From positions 99,542,130 to 99,606,129 of the forward strand of contig JASCQW010000190.1 of the NCBI GenBank assembly GCA_030264375.1: a stretch of DNA of 64,000 nt, given 5' to 3'. Position 1 is the stretch's first letter. Every line of letters starts with the position of its first letter. The notes under the pieces are model-generated. The model had not been told where the DNA came from. It saw nothing but the letters and a program-made list of their open reading frames with translations, and did not search any database. Below, in pieces: positions 1 to 11,280 of this stretch. The DNA is from Carcharhinus longimanus. Its lineage: Eukaryota. Made by a program: the position numbers and the translations under genes.

Positions 1-830
1 ATCAATGGTTGCAGATAGCTCAAGAAGGCCAAGGAGAGATAATTCATGTTCTTCACAGTCATGTAGGATGTCAGTTCTGACTTTGAGAAACAATATCAAG
101 TCCATCGCCTGACTGGGTGCCCACTCTTAGACCTATAGGGACTATACTTGTTAGCATCATTAATTGTGCAATGGTCAGAACATGCACAGTGGCCATCGGA
201 AGGAGTCTGTATTGGGCATGTGCCTTGTTCATGGTGGGGCCTAACTTAAAAGGAGCTGGTGAGCTGCTAGAACGAAACACGTTCTTCAGGGACAGCTCAT
301 CAAATTTGGGGTGGGAGAACGATGGGAGCAGCCAAATCTGAAGGATTAACAGCAGGTCTTAAATGTAAAGGATGAAAGCATCAGCGCTCAAAGGGTGCAG
401 CAATTTACTGTGGCAAGGAAAAAAAAATGCTGCACTTATAATAGCAAGGAAATTACATAGTGGATATCTCAAAAGTTCAAAGTGCAAAAGCAACTGCAGT
501 AGAAGTGAACCTATTTCCTACAGAAACTAATAAACCTTTCATAGCATTCAATATGGCTGCCTTGCAATTTCAATTACTAATGGTGTGTGGAATCAAGGAC
601 TGGTGATAGTAATGAAGACGAAGGAAAATGCATTGGGAGAGTGGCATAAGTGCGACATTTGACCCTGATTTGCTGTTATTCACAAGGTGCCTAGTTGTTT
701 CTAATGGAAATTCCAGCTCCAAGGTCCTCCTGAAAATCAGAATCAGTCACCAACAGGGCATAGATTTTTCCAGTTGCTTGCCTCCCTACCGCTGCCAGCG
801 AGAATGGAGAATTTGGCAATTAATGTATTT

Positions 831-1176
831 GGCACAGTAGCACAGTGGTTAGCACTGCTGCTTCACAGCTCCAGGGACCTGGGTTCCATTCGCGTCTTGG
901 GTCACTGTCTGTGTGGAGTTTGCACATTGTCCCCTTGTCTGCATGGGTTTCCTCTGGGCACTCTGGTTTCTTCCCACAGTCCAAAGATGTGCGCGTTATG
1001 TTGATTGGCTATGCTAAAAAAAATTGCCCCTTAGTGTCCTGGGATGCGTAGGATAGAGGGATTCGCAGGTAAAATATGTAGGGATATGGGGGTAGGGCCT
1101 GGGTGGGATGGTGGTCTATGCAGATCGATGGGCCAAATGGCCTCTTTCTGCACTATAGAGTTTCTATGATTTCTAT
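831..1176 (+). mobile_element. HE1-type (V-domain) tRNA-derived SINE, near full length
   Basis: tRNA-like head (GGCACAGTAGCACAGTGGTTAGCACTGCTGC...GGGTTCCATTC), central CTGCATGGGTTTCCTCTGGG...CCCACAGTCCAAAGATGTG block, and CR1/HER1-like tail ending GGCCAAATGGCCTC...CTATGATTTCTAT. Many copies in this window. Confidence 0.92.
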
Positions 1177-1298
1177 TTGTATCAAATTCTATTCACATTA
1201 AACAGGTTAATCTGTTTACTTAAAATGGACTAAGGGCATAGTTAAAGTAGCAGATGGAGGAATATCAGACAGATGTCTAAATATTTTTGCATTACTAT

Positions 1299-2016
1299 TG
1301 TGTCTTTATTGTACAGTGAAACAATGGAGATGCAACAATGGACCATATTTTAACAAAGAAAATGGCAGACTGTTCATTCTGGTGAGAAAAATGGCACTTT
1401 TCTCTCCATGGAAATAGGTTTCAGGCATTGTGTTTTTGTCCCATGCAGACAAGCAATATAAATTACTTTTCCTTCCCTAAAGATCTATACGTGGTAATCC
1501 TGAGTCTGTGCTCACTGTCCACAGGAATGATGGTGGGGGATCAAGATCCGGTGAAACCCAGAAGTCATGAATCTTGCCGGCAAGGTTGTGACTTCTGATT
1601 TTTACTGTGCATCGCTAGCAATGCAATCAGGTTCACACCCATGGGTTTGCTGGCACTGATTGTTGAGAGGGGAGGAGGAAATGTGGTGAATGCTGGCTCT
1701 GATGGGGAGGAATTGGTCAGAGGATGTAGGTTGGGGGAGGAGGGAGGAGGGAAGTTACTTTTTGGTCTGAAACCAAAAGATGAAATGTCGGAAAATCTCA
1801 GCAGCTCTGGCAGCATCTGTAAGGAGAGAAAAGAGCTGACATTTTGAGCCCAGATGACCCTTTGTCAAACTTTTTGTTTTTGTAAGAGAAAATCGACCTA
1901 TTTCCATGGAGAGAAAAATGCCATTTTTCTCACCAGAATGAACAGTCTACCATTTTCTTTGTTAAAATATTGTCCATTGTTGGAACTCCATTGTTTCAGT
2001 GTACAATAAAGACACA
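1299..2016. repeat. Long inverted repeat: 121-bp arms at 1299-1419 and 1896-2016
   Basis: Manual comparison: the reverse complement of 1896-2016 matches 1299-1419 with 6 mismatches and no gaps; spacer 476 bp. Confidence 0.93.
1765..1870 (-). mobile_element. Penelope-like element terminal-repeat (pLTR) fragment
   Basis: GAAAATCTCAGCAGCTCTGGCAGCATCTGTAAGGAGAG...GATGACCCTTTGTCA matches the PLE ends at 16763-16928, 31700-31790, 35298-35395 and, reverse-complemented, 46260-46360. Confidence 0.75.
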
Positions 2017-3889
2017 CTAACTTGCTCAATATGCCTGCTGCAACAGAAGTAGGGACACAATGTCAAATCTTTGTCCACATCTGACCCTATATGAGCAGGC
2101 AACAGTTAGATTGTAATGGACAAGCTGAGTTGTATGTCTTTCACTCAGTCCCTATATGATACAGATATAGTATTGAGTCCATTTTTTCAACCTCTACAAA
2201 ATACATACCAGAGAAATGATCCCAAGCGAGGATAAGAGCACACTTCTTGCACTGCACTATTTCAAGATTGTAATGTTGGCATGGGAACCATCAGTGTTAT
2301 TTGGACATGTTTTCTTATTCCTTTTTAAAAATAACAGGATTTTCCACATGTAAAAATCCTCTTGAGAAACAAAATTGCCGATAATATAGAATTGTTCTGC
2401 TTCTGATTCCATTCCTGCAAATGCTCTTTAAAATGCGAATAGATTCAATCGCTCCAATTTGAAATTTCTTCACCTATTGAATGACTTCACTTTGTTTATC
2501 TTTGTAATTGTTTCAAATCACAACTGTGTGGATAATGCTTAAAATGCAAGTGGATCAATGTTCCTTAGATTAATAGCCCTTCCAAACGTCAACAGATTTT
2601 AGGCTTAGAAAAACAAATCACAAATAAGACACTGATATTTCAAATGCATCCCATAGCTACAGCTAACATTATCCGAATATAATTCAGATTGTTGAGTATT
2701 TGATTTTTCTACCTATCTCTGTCCCAATGGTGCCACCTATTTCAAAATAACACTATTTATCATATATTCCAGTTGTCTTTCGATGGTTCCACTGCTTAAG
2801 CCAAGTGCTGTTTACAAGGTTTTTTTCAATCACTAGTAATATAATTTTAGAAGGGGGAATAAATCTTTGTAAGTATTTGGCATGCTTGTAAGAGCCTGGT
2901 TCATTTATACAAATGGATGGTAATTTCCTGTTCAACAAAAGGGTATTGTGGGAAAAAAAAAACAGGAGTTAGATCAAAATCTACTCAAAATCTCTTTTTT
3001 TTTCATTGAAGGTTCTTTTATACATTTTCATCAAAGGACATTTTTTATATTGATCCCCTGGGATTTCAACAATTCTAGGTTGAGAGACCTGAACCTGAGC
3101 ATATTGTGTAGCTGTCCAAACCACAGATCGATGCCCAATAAATGTCTTTCTATTAAATGAGGAGACACTGGAAAGGTCCAAATCATCTTACGTTTTTCAC
3201 TGATTCTATTCCTTTGTGTTCACTGCATACGTTCAGTTCATTATTGCTCAGATTTAATAATTCATGCTCCTTATTGGCTGCTGTTAGAAGTGCTTTGTGA
3301 CATTAAGTTGCAATTAAGAAGGTATTACCAACTGATGTGTTGCTTAGAATTTTTCAATCCAGCTGAGGATATCCAAATATTTTGACATATGAGAATGTAC
3401 CGATATCAGAGAATATTTGACAACCAGATTGTTTACTGACCAAGATTGAGCTTTATGTGAGTAGATGACTTTTGGAGGTTTAAAATAATCTTTCTGTTTA
3501 TTTAATGTCATAAAGAAATCACATTCTGGACTAACCTTTGAGTGCTGAAAGGCGTTTTAAGCTTTTAAGACCCGAACATCATCTTCTGTTATATGTCAGC
3601 GAAGTAAAGTTTCTGTAAACTTCCTAAGCTGAGCATTGCAAGATCAAATTAAAGACTGGTAAAAGAAAAGGATCAAAAGGCTGTTCTGTCTCCTCGGGGG
3701 CCTGTGTCCAAATCCAACCCAAATACATAGAACATTAATTGTGGCTAAATTTGCAATTTTACTGCAATGTGAAATGGAAATGTCAACCCAATTCAGCAAA
3801 ATGTTACCCTGTAAATGGTGCAAATCTGAGCTGATATAGGATGGATCCACATCCATCTGATCAATGCCATACCTTTTAATTCACTGCCT

Positions 3890-4207
3890 GTTCTGAAAAC
3901 ACTAACTCATGGTGGGCACATTCCCAAAACGTCATGATAGGGACAATCCCAGAGTGCACCTACTCACAGTGGGGACTGTTCCAGAATACATTAACTTGTG
4001 GTGGGGGCTGTTCTAGAACATGCTAATTCGTGGTGGGGACATTTCCAGAACACAACTCACACTGGGAACATTTCCAGAACACAACTCATGACAGGGACAG
4101 TTCCAGCATACATTAACTCATGATGGGGAACATTTTGGAACAGAGACTCATGGTGGGGACAGTTCTAGATCGGACTAACTCATCTCGAGGACAGTTCTAG
4201 AACACAT
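3890..4207. repeat. Degenerate minisatellite, about 10-11 units of about 26-33 bp
   Basis: Recurring unit close to TTCCAGAACACACTAACTCATGGTGGGGACAG, starting near 3890, 3920, 3946, 3978, 4010, 4042, 4071, 4100, 4133, 4162 and 4194. Confidence 0.85.
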
Positions 4208-4661
4208 GTTGGGCATGGCTCCTCTGCTGCTGAATAACAGTTGGGATCTTACCCAAATAATCTCTGTTCAAATACTGGATCTGGACAGTAATCGTGAGCA
4301 GGATTCTTCTTACTTATTCTTACAACAGGGATTGGGATTGGGAATGGGAAAATAATGATTTTGATTTTCCACACACTAAAGCCATTTGTAGAATATTTAC
4401 TGCCAATGCAGCCGAGATTGATTAACAAAGCAATGATTTAAACTTCACATTTTCCTATCTTTAGGGCTCGGGACAATCGCAGATAGACTGTTTGTTCACT
4501 GAGGCATTAGGGGAGTTGCTAACTCATGTTTGATGTTCACATTGTGCAGAGAATCTTCTATTCCCAAAGAATTATTCCTCACCCTTGAGCAGCAGAAAAT
4601 AAATTAGCAGAGTGTAAAAGCACTTGAAACTTTAAAACTGAGTATTGTTTGACTTAAAAAT

Positions 4662-4729
4662 TGCTACATTATTAACAGTGTAAAATGTCATATAAAAATA
4701 TGACACTTTACACTGTTGATAAAGTAACA
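4662..4729. repeat. Imperfect palindrome/hairpin (32-bp arms, 4-nt loop)
   Basis: TGCTACATTATTAACAGTGTAAAATGTCATAT-AAAA-ATATGACACTTTACACTGTTGATAAAGTAACA, 4 mismatches between arms. Confidence 0.8.
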
Positions 4730-5524
4730 CTTTTTGACATATTTTCCTGGTAGTGGGAGCTACCGATGTAAACGGGTCAAACTGCAATTACATCCTCTTA
4801 CCAACAGAGACACCACAGTGGCATCACAGCTGGAGGATGTATTGACTGAGCAGAAATTTTACATAAGCAAGTTCCATTCTAAATATGGGCATCAGCGCTT
4901 GCAATAAACATACTTAAGGAAGGAGAGAACTTGCACATTTGAAATGGAGACTGAAGATGGATTGATCTGCCTGATTTAATCTTTGTCATTGAACCTTGCT
5001 TTACCTGATATCTCTACTTGGTTATGGACCAGTAGACATAATATATAAATTTCTAGTCTCATCCTATAAGAATAAATTCTGTATTGCTGATATTTCTTGA
5101 TCAAGTTCTAAGAAGGTTTGTCACGTGAAATGCCGAACCTACAAGGCTGTGGTGTGGGAGCTGGAGAGTTGGATAATCTTGCACAACATTTTATCAGTCA
5201 ACATGGGTACAATGGAATCTTTCTGTGGTTCTGTATAATTGCCCTTCCTCCAGCCCATATTGTATAAAAAATAGCACAAAGAACAAATTGCACCCCTTTG
5301 CAAACCAATTTGCAATTTTGCGTCAACATCAAACCCAACCATTATTCTGCCCATAGTTTGATTTCAGTAACAAAATGTTACTGCCATACACCTCAAGGGA
5401 TTTCTATCTTATCATAGCTCACAAAGTCTGTGTTATCTTGTGACATATGATGCTCGACATATATGTGACATAGGTAAGGATGATTAGAGTTCATAAAGGT
5501 TTTTTTTCTCTCGTGTCATATTTT

Positions 5525-5831
5525 CATAGAATCACTACAGTACAGAAGGAGGCTATTTGGCCAATTGAGTCTGTACTGATCACAATCCCATCCAGGCCCT
5601 ATTCCCATAACCCTCATTTACCCTGCTAATCCCCCTGACACTAGGGTCAATTTCGCATGGCCAATCGGCCTAACCTGCACAGCCTGGGCCTGTGGGAGGA
5701 AACCAGAGTACCCGGAAGAAACCCATGCAGACTCGGAGAAAAAGTGCAAATTCCACAAAAACTCCTGAGGCTAGAATTGAACCTGGGTTCCTGGCACTGT
5801 GAGGCAGTAGTGCTAACTACAGTGCCACCAT
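5525..5831 (-). mobile_element. HE1-type SINE
   Basis: Reverse complement of the element at 831-1176 (CATAGAATC tail to ...GTGCTAACTACAGTGCCACCAT head). Confidence 0.92.
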
Positions 5832-6143
5832 ACATTGAAGATGGATGATTCACCAAACAAAATGCTAGCTTTATCCATGGTGCTGATTCATAAAACATAA
5901 ACTGCAACTCTTAGAATTTTCTGATTTTGTTTCAGATCACTCAGCTATTTTGCTGATTGCAGAACCGGTCAAATGATGCTGCATTTCAATGCAGTTCAAC
6001 AAGGAACCACCTATTGTTCTCCAGTTCCATTTAACTACCATCTTCAACAAGCATCAATATGCAATATAATTATTGCACTGTCTCTGATTTTTTTTCCTGT
6101 AATGCATCGCAGTAAATTGTTTGTGTGGGGTATATCTTACTTT

Positions 6144-6212
6144 AAAGTTTATTTATTAGTCACAAGTATGGCTTACATTAACACTGCAATGAAGTTGCTG
6201 TGAAATTCTCCT
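6144..6212 (-). mobile_element. 3' tail of the alternative-tail SINE, running into a gap
   Basis: AAAGTTTATTTATTAGTCACAAGTATGGCTTACATTAACACTGCAATGAAGTT is the reverse complement of the tail of 26262-26552. Confidence 0.8.
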
Positions 6213-7086
6213 NNNNNNNNNNNNNNNNNNNNNNNNNNNNNNNNNNNNNNNNNNNNNNNNNNNNNNNNNNNNNNNNNNNNNNNNNNNNNNNNNNNNNNNN
6301 NNNNNNNNNNNNNNNNNNNNNNNNNNNNNNNNNNNNNNNNNNNNNNNNNNNNNNNNNNNNNNNNNNNNNNNNNNNNNNNNNNNNNNNNNNNNNNNNNNNN
6401 NNNNNNNNNNNNNNNNNNNNNNNNNNNNNNNNNNNNNNNNNNNNNNNNNNNNNNNNNNNNNNNNNNNNNNNNNNNNNNNNNNNNNNNNNNNNNNNNNNNN
6501 NNNNNNNNNNNNNNNNNNNNNNNNNNNNNNNNNNNNNNNNNNNNNNNNNNNNNNNNNNNNNNNNNNNNNNNNNNNNNNNNNNNNNNNNNNNNNNNNNNNN
6601 NNNNNNNNNNNNNNNNNNNNNNNNNNNNNNNNNNNNNNNNNNNNNNNNNNNNNNNNNNNNNNNNNNNNNNNNNNNNNNNNNNNNNNNNNNNNNNNNNNNN
6701 NNNNNNNNNNNNNNNNNNNNNNNNNNNNNNNNNNNNNNNNNNNNNNNNNNNNNNNNNNNNNNNNNNNNNNNNNNNNNNNNNNNNNNNNNNNNNNNNNNNN
6801 NNNNNNNNNNNNNNNNNNNNNNNNNNNNNNNNNNNNNNNNNNNNNNNNNNNNNNNNNNNNNNNNNNNNNNNNNNNNNNNNNNNNNNNNNNNNNNNNNNNN
6901 NNNNNNNNNNNNNNNNNNNNNNNNNNNNNNNNNNNNNNNNNNNNNNNNNNNNNNNNNNNNNNNNNNNNNNNNNNNNNNNNNNNNNNNNNNNNNNNNNNNN
7001 NNNNNNNNNNNNNNNNNNNNNNNNNNNNNNNNNNNNNNNNNNNNNNNNNNNNNNNNNNNNNNNNNNNNNNNNNNNNNNNNNNNNNN
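6213..7086. other. Assembly gap (N run). Others: 8246-8255, 11813-11822, 16219-16423, 18368-18486, 21429-21517, 36456-36462, 39322-39975, 49180-49279, 50776-50822, 60246-60588
   Basis: Runs of N. Several gaps abut young repeats (SINE, PLE or CR1 ends), consistent with collapsed repeats in a short-read scaffold. Confidence 0.99.
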
Positions 7087-7163
7087 TCTAACCCGAAAGC
7101 TTGTGAGAATATTATCAAATAAATAGGTTGGACTAAAACCTGGTGTTGTCAGACTTTTTACAG
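7087..7163 (+). mobile_element. PLE pLTR 3' end emerging from a gap
   Basis: CCGAAAGCTTGTG...AAATAAATAGGTTGGACTAAAACCTGGTGTTGTCAGACTT, the same family as 39976-40123. Confidence 0.8.
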
Positions 7164-7691
7164 GCAACAAAGAGCAGTGAGGGTCTTTCTTTAAAGATGC
7201 AGATTAGATGCAGTGATGCCCCCAAGCCCTAGTTGAAGCAAACTGGGAGACAACTGAGACATGATGAAAGTTTGCAAAGGAATATTTTACTTTCTAATTT
7301 GGAGCCGAGAAGAGCGGGACAAACCAACTTTAGGCCGTCTCTGACTCATACTCACCCATGCCCTCATGCAAAACCTACTTCCCAAAATTTATTTACATGT
7401 TGGCAGGTAATCATGAGCTGTCCAGTTGAGATGAGGCACTTCCTACCTGACCAATGACACCTGAATCAAGTCAAAATTATTTTGCAGGAAAACTACATAG
7501 CATTGAATTAATCCCTTAGTTTCAAATTGAATGCCCCATAACCAATAAGATGCTTTGAAATCAAAGATACATGTTATATCATGGAATATCCAGTATTCAT
7601 CTGAACAGCGGTTTATATAGCATTACACTCCAGGGATTGGATATGAAAGATACCGACAATATAACACAGCCAAATCTTAGCTGTATGATAT

Positions 7692-7893
7692 GGTGTGGAG
7701 ATGCCGGTATTGGATTGGGGTAAACACAGTAAGAAGTCTCACAACACCAGGTTAAAGTCCAACAGGTTTATTTCATAGCAAAAGCCACTAGCTTTCAGAG
7801 CGCTGATGAAGGGGCAGTGCTCTGAAAACTAGTGGCTTTTGCTGCCAAATAAACCTGTTGGAATTTAACCTGGTGTTGTGAGACTTCTTGTTG
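7692..7893. mobile_element. Fold-back mini-PLE (inverted pLTR pair) with TSD
   Basis: Arms AAGAAGTCTCACAACACCAGGTTAAAGTCCAACAGGTTTATTT / AAATAAACCTGTTGGAATTTAACCTGGTGTTGTGAGACTTCTT; flanked by TGTATGATAT (7682-7691) and TGTACGATAT (7894-7903). Confidence 0.85.
7800..7834 (+). ncRNA. Minimal type I hammerhead-ribozyme-like motif within the PLE repeat
   Basis: CTGATGA (7803-7809), stem II AGGGGC-AGT-GCTCT, GAAA (7824-7827), then AC-TA-GTG. Minimal hammerheads are an established feature of PLE terminal repeats. Activity of this copy is unknown. Confidence 0.6.
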
Positions 7894-9149
7894 TGTACGA
7901 TATAATCTAGATTTCCTAACAAAATACAACAAAAGATTATTGTGAAAAAAATTGTGTCCTTAAAATCATGGAAAGTGAATAAAGAGCTATTAGTTTCCAC
8001 AAATAATAGCTTGCATAAATTAAAACTGAGGTCATTGATTCAGATGAAAGACGCTTGACTTTTATAAAAGGCTCCACCCTGCAAATATTTGACCACAATG
8101 ACACATTCCAACTGAAATAACTGGGATGCGGTACAAATATTGACAGCATATCAATAGCATGCTGTTGAAGTCCAAGGGATGCCGGTGGAGAGTTGGCAAT
8201 TGTGCCATGGATGCCTGTGCGAGTCACATCCATGGTAAAATTGAGNNNNNNNNNNAATTGAGGCTCTGTATCCGAAGATGAAATCTCTGCCAATGAACTA
8301 AATGCAATGGATTCATCTCTTGGATCAGATTCTGTTTATTAACTACTTGGCATCATGAATCCCATTATATAGTCATTGCCTTTTAATTCCCTCCCTAATG
8401 GATAGAGTGCATTCAGCCACACACACTTGTCACTGGTGGATCATCCACCTAGAGATGGATGGGAGTTACAGACTTTATTCTCTTTTATTCTATTTACAGT
8501 TAATTTGGAGGAAAAAAGTGATTAATTTTTAAATAGTTTTCTGTGATCTAGCTCTTGGAACTTCAACCATATCAACAATCCGGGGGAAATAAATCCCAAA
8601 ACATGAATCGTTCTGCATAAGAAATTCTAGTCAAAACACATGATTGTGTCATAGCACCTATATTTTGGGTTTGCAAGGGCAAATTTGGCTTCAAAATGGT
8701 GGCCACAGTACAAACATATATTTCTGGTGCTGGCCACTCTGGATGTGATTGTGGTAAAGGCATTAACACAAATACAGGGAGTATACACTCGAAGTATGCA
8801 GCACAGGTAGATTGTGGGATCCATTAGCATGTAACACTGATTTGAAGCCAGTGCGACTGTTTTAGACCTGAATGCTCCAGCTGAAGTCTCAATAGCTGAA
8901 TGTGTGTCCAGCCGCAGGAAATACCCCCATCCCCATCACTACCACCTATTCAAGGGATTCACCAACAACTTTCATGTTAGTAGCTGATTAGTTTCCACTG
9001 CTGCTACTAAAGTGGTAGGAGTGCCTATATGTTTGCACTGCTGGTTAAAGTTTCTGAAATCGACACTAAGCTACGTGACCCATGGTGAATGCCTAAGTTC
9101 TGACTTCTGGGGGTGGGGAGGACTTTCCTGTCCTGCCTGCCACGAAAAT

Positions 9150-9790
9150 CAAGTAGTGTTTAACTTGGAGGAGTATTGATTCATAAGCTGAGAAGGGAGG
9201 GTACATGGTTATCAGCAGGGGGTTTCCTTGTCCATGTTTGACCAGGTGCCATTAGACTTCATGGTGTCCAGAATCAATGTTGAGGTCTCCCAGGGCAACT
9301 CCCTCCTGTCTGTGTCCAATGTGTCTCCACCCTGTTTGCAGGATAAGAAGTCTCACAACAGCAGGTTAAAGTCCAACAGGTGTGTTTGGTGTCATGAACT
9401 TTGAGAGCACTGCTCCTTCATCAGATGAGTCACTTGATGAACGAGCAGTCCTCAGAAAGCTCTTACCAAATAAACCTGTTGGACTTTAACCTAATATTGT
9501 GAGACTTCTTACTGTGCCTATCCAGTCCAACGCCGGCATCTCCACATCATGTTTGCAGGGATGGTGATGCTGGTGTCTGGGATATAATCTGTAATGTGTG
9601 ACTGCATGAGTATGACTCCATCAGACTATTGATTGACTAGTCTGTGAGACAGCTTTCCCTATTTTGGCACAAGCCCCCAGATGTTAGTTAGGGAGGACTT
9701 TACTGGTTTGTCAGGGCTGGGATTTCCAATGTCATTTCTGGTGCCTAGGTTAATGCTGAGTCTTTCATCCAATTTCATTCCTTTTGTCTT
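9150..9790 (-). mobile_element. CR1/L2-clade LINE fragment (AP-endonuclease region), interrupted by a mini-PLE
   Basis: The minus strand gives a decayed NIWGLVPK..LSHRLV....and VALG.LNIDSG.HEV.W..VKHGQGN.LLIT.Y.PS, typical of a LINE ORF2 endonuclease N-terminus. Confidence 0.75.
9343..9549. mobile_element. Fold-back mini-PLE with a hammerhead-like core on each strand and a 10-bp TSD
   Basis: Same arms as 7692-7893. Exact TSD TGTTTGCAGG at 9333-9342 and 9550-9559. Minus strand: TCAT-CTGATGA-AGGAGCAGTGCTCT-CAAA-GT-TC-ATGA; plus strand: CAC-TTGATGA...GAAAGCTC. Confidence 0.87.
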
Positions 9791-9799
9791 ATTTGGCAT

Positions 9800-10140
9800 T
9801 GAGAAGAATGAGAGTTGTTCTTCTTAATTCTTTCAGCACTTCATAAGTAAAAGTCGGAGAGTCTGGAACTAGGGATTCAGAATAAGGTGTCAGCCACTTA
9901 GAGTTAAGGAAAGATCTCTTCAAGCTCCGCTGGCTATCAACCTTTTAGAGTTCCCTACCCCAGAGAGCTTAGCAAGCTCAGTTGATAAGTAAGTTCATGA
10001 CAGAGACTAATAGATTCTGGTTCTCTCAGGAAATCAAGGTGATAGGGCAAAAAAGTGGAGTCGATATATTCAACCACAGTCTTACTGAGTGATTATGTAG
10101 TTTTGATACCCATTTGGCCTACCCCTGCTCCTGTTTCTTA
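9800..10140 (+). mobile_element. CR1 LINE 3' fragment (decayed)
   Basis: GAGAGTCTGGAACTAGGG...AGAATAAGG...CCCTACCCCAGAGAGCT...GACAGAGACTAATAGATT...GGCCTACCCCTGCTCCTGTTTCTTATG. Confidence 0.7.
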
Positions 10141-10267
10141 TGAATGCTCGCTTGCCAGTTTGCACAACTTTCCAGCATCTGTGTACTGTATTAAATATAG
10201 GGTCACCTGGAAATGGATTAGCGTGTATGGCAGGGGTTGGGGGGGAATGGGCATGTTGAAAAATCTT

Positions 10268-11280
10268 GGGTGCCATTTCTGGTGCCAACTTGCCATCTCT
10301 CCTGCAATTTTGCCAGCAATGGGAGAAGTGTTGGGAAGCTCAATTGCCTTGGGCCAGTAGGAGTCATTAAGTGGTCAGTTAATAGTCACTTAAGAGCCCC
10401 TTATCTTTTCATGACAATGATCCCAAGAATGAAAAGCTTGACAAAAGAGGAGCATCAAGGATGAGGGGGATCTCATTGAAACTTACACAATATTGAAAGG
10501 CCTCGATAGAGTGAAACTGGGAAAGATGTTTCCATTAGTCGGTGAGATCAGAATCTGAGTGCACAGTCTCAGAATAAAGGGATGCCTCTTTGGAACCAAG
10601 ATGAGGAAGTATTTCTTCAACCAGAGGTTGGTGAACCAATATAATTCATTGCCACAGAAAGCTATGGACGCTAGGTCATTGAGTATATTTAAGACAGAGA
10701 TAGATACATTCTTGATTGGTAAGGGGATCAAAGGTTAAGGGGCAAAAATAGCCGGAAAATGGGATTGAGAAACTTATCAGCCATGATTGAATGTCAGAGC
10801 AGACTCAAATGTGTCAAATAGCCTAATTCCGTTACGATAGCTTATACCTCCTGCCATTGGGGTTTTACCTATGGCAGGAGAGGCCCATGTCAAGTATTCA
10901 GCTCAGCAGTTATAAAGTGTGATGAGGGGTTGGATGGAATGCCTCCTTTACAGGCACCCTCTATCCATTTGAGTCCCCACTCTTGCAGGTCTTTCCATCC
11001 ATGCCTTACCTCTCACACCCTGCCCTTTCCACCCAGCCCCCTCAGCCCTGCCTCTCAGGGGCCTACCAATCTGTCCTCAGTGAGACCACTGACTTACGTT
11101 AAAGTCTGGACTCCAACATAGCATGTCTTCTTCAGATCTGGTTGCAGCCCCAGCAGTGGTTACTGTCTCTGATGGCCCTGCTGGGACCAGAGAGATGCTG
11201 GCAGATAAGTAGCTACAGGGTGAGTCAGCCAAATGAAAGCAGGCTCACCGCTGAACAGTCGCAGAGTGGAACTTCACTCC
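10268..11280. mobile_element. Old GC-rich non-autonomous DNA-transposon (probably Harbinger-type) relic, split by a CR1 insertion
   Basis: TTAAGTGGTCAGTTAATAGTCACTTAAG palindromic motif before 10400, resuming as CTCCTGCCATTGGGGTTTTACCTATGGCAGGAG after 10847. Termini are unclear. Confidence 0.4.
10420..10846 (+). mobile_element. CR1 LINE 3' end
   Basis: Encodes decayed MRGDLIETY.ILKGLDRV..GKMFPLVGE.R..., then a 3' UTR ending GCCTAATTCC...CTTAT. Confidence 0.85.

Noticed and set aside
831-900. tRNA-like sequences here and at each SINE head
   Set aside because: They are SINE promoter heads that continue into SINE bodies, not cloverleaf tRNA genes.
3890-4207. CRISPR-like periodicity
   Set aside because: Units are contiguous degenerate tandem copies without unique spacers, in a eukaryotic context with no cas genes.
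6156-7170. Long ORFs of 130-330 aa here and at 39104-40161 and 60010-60785
   Set aside because: They are open only because they run through N gaps.
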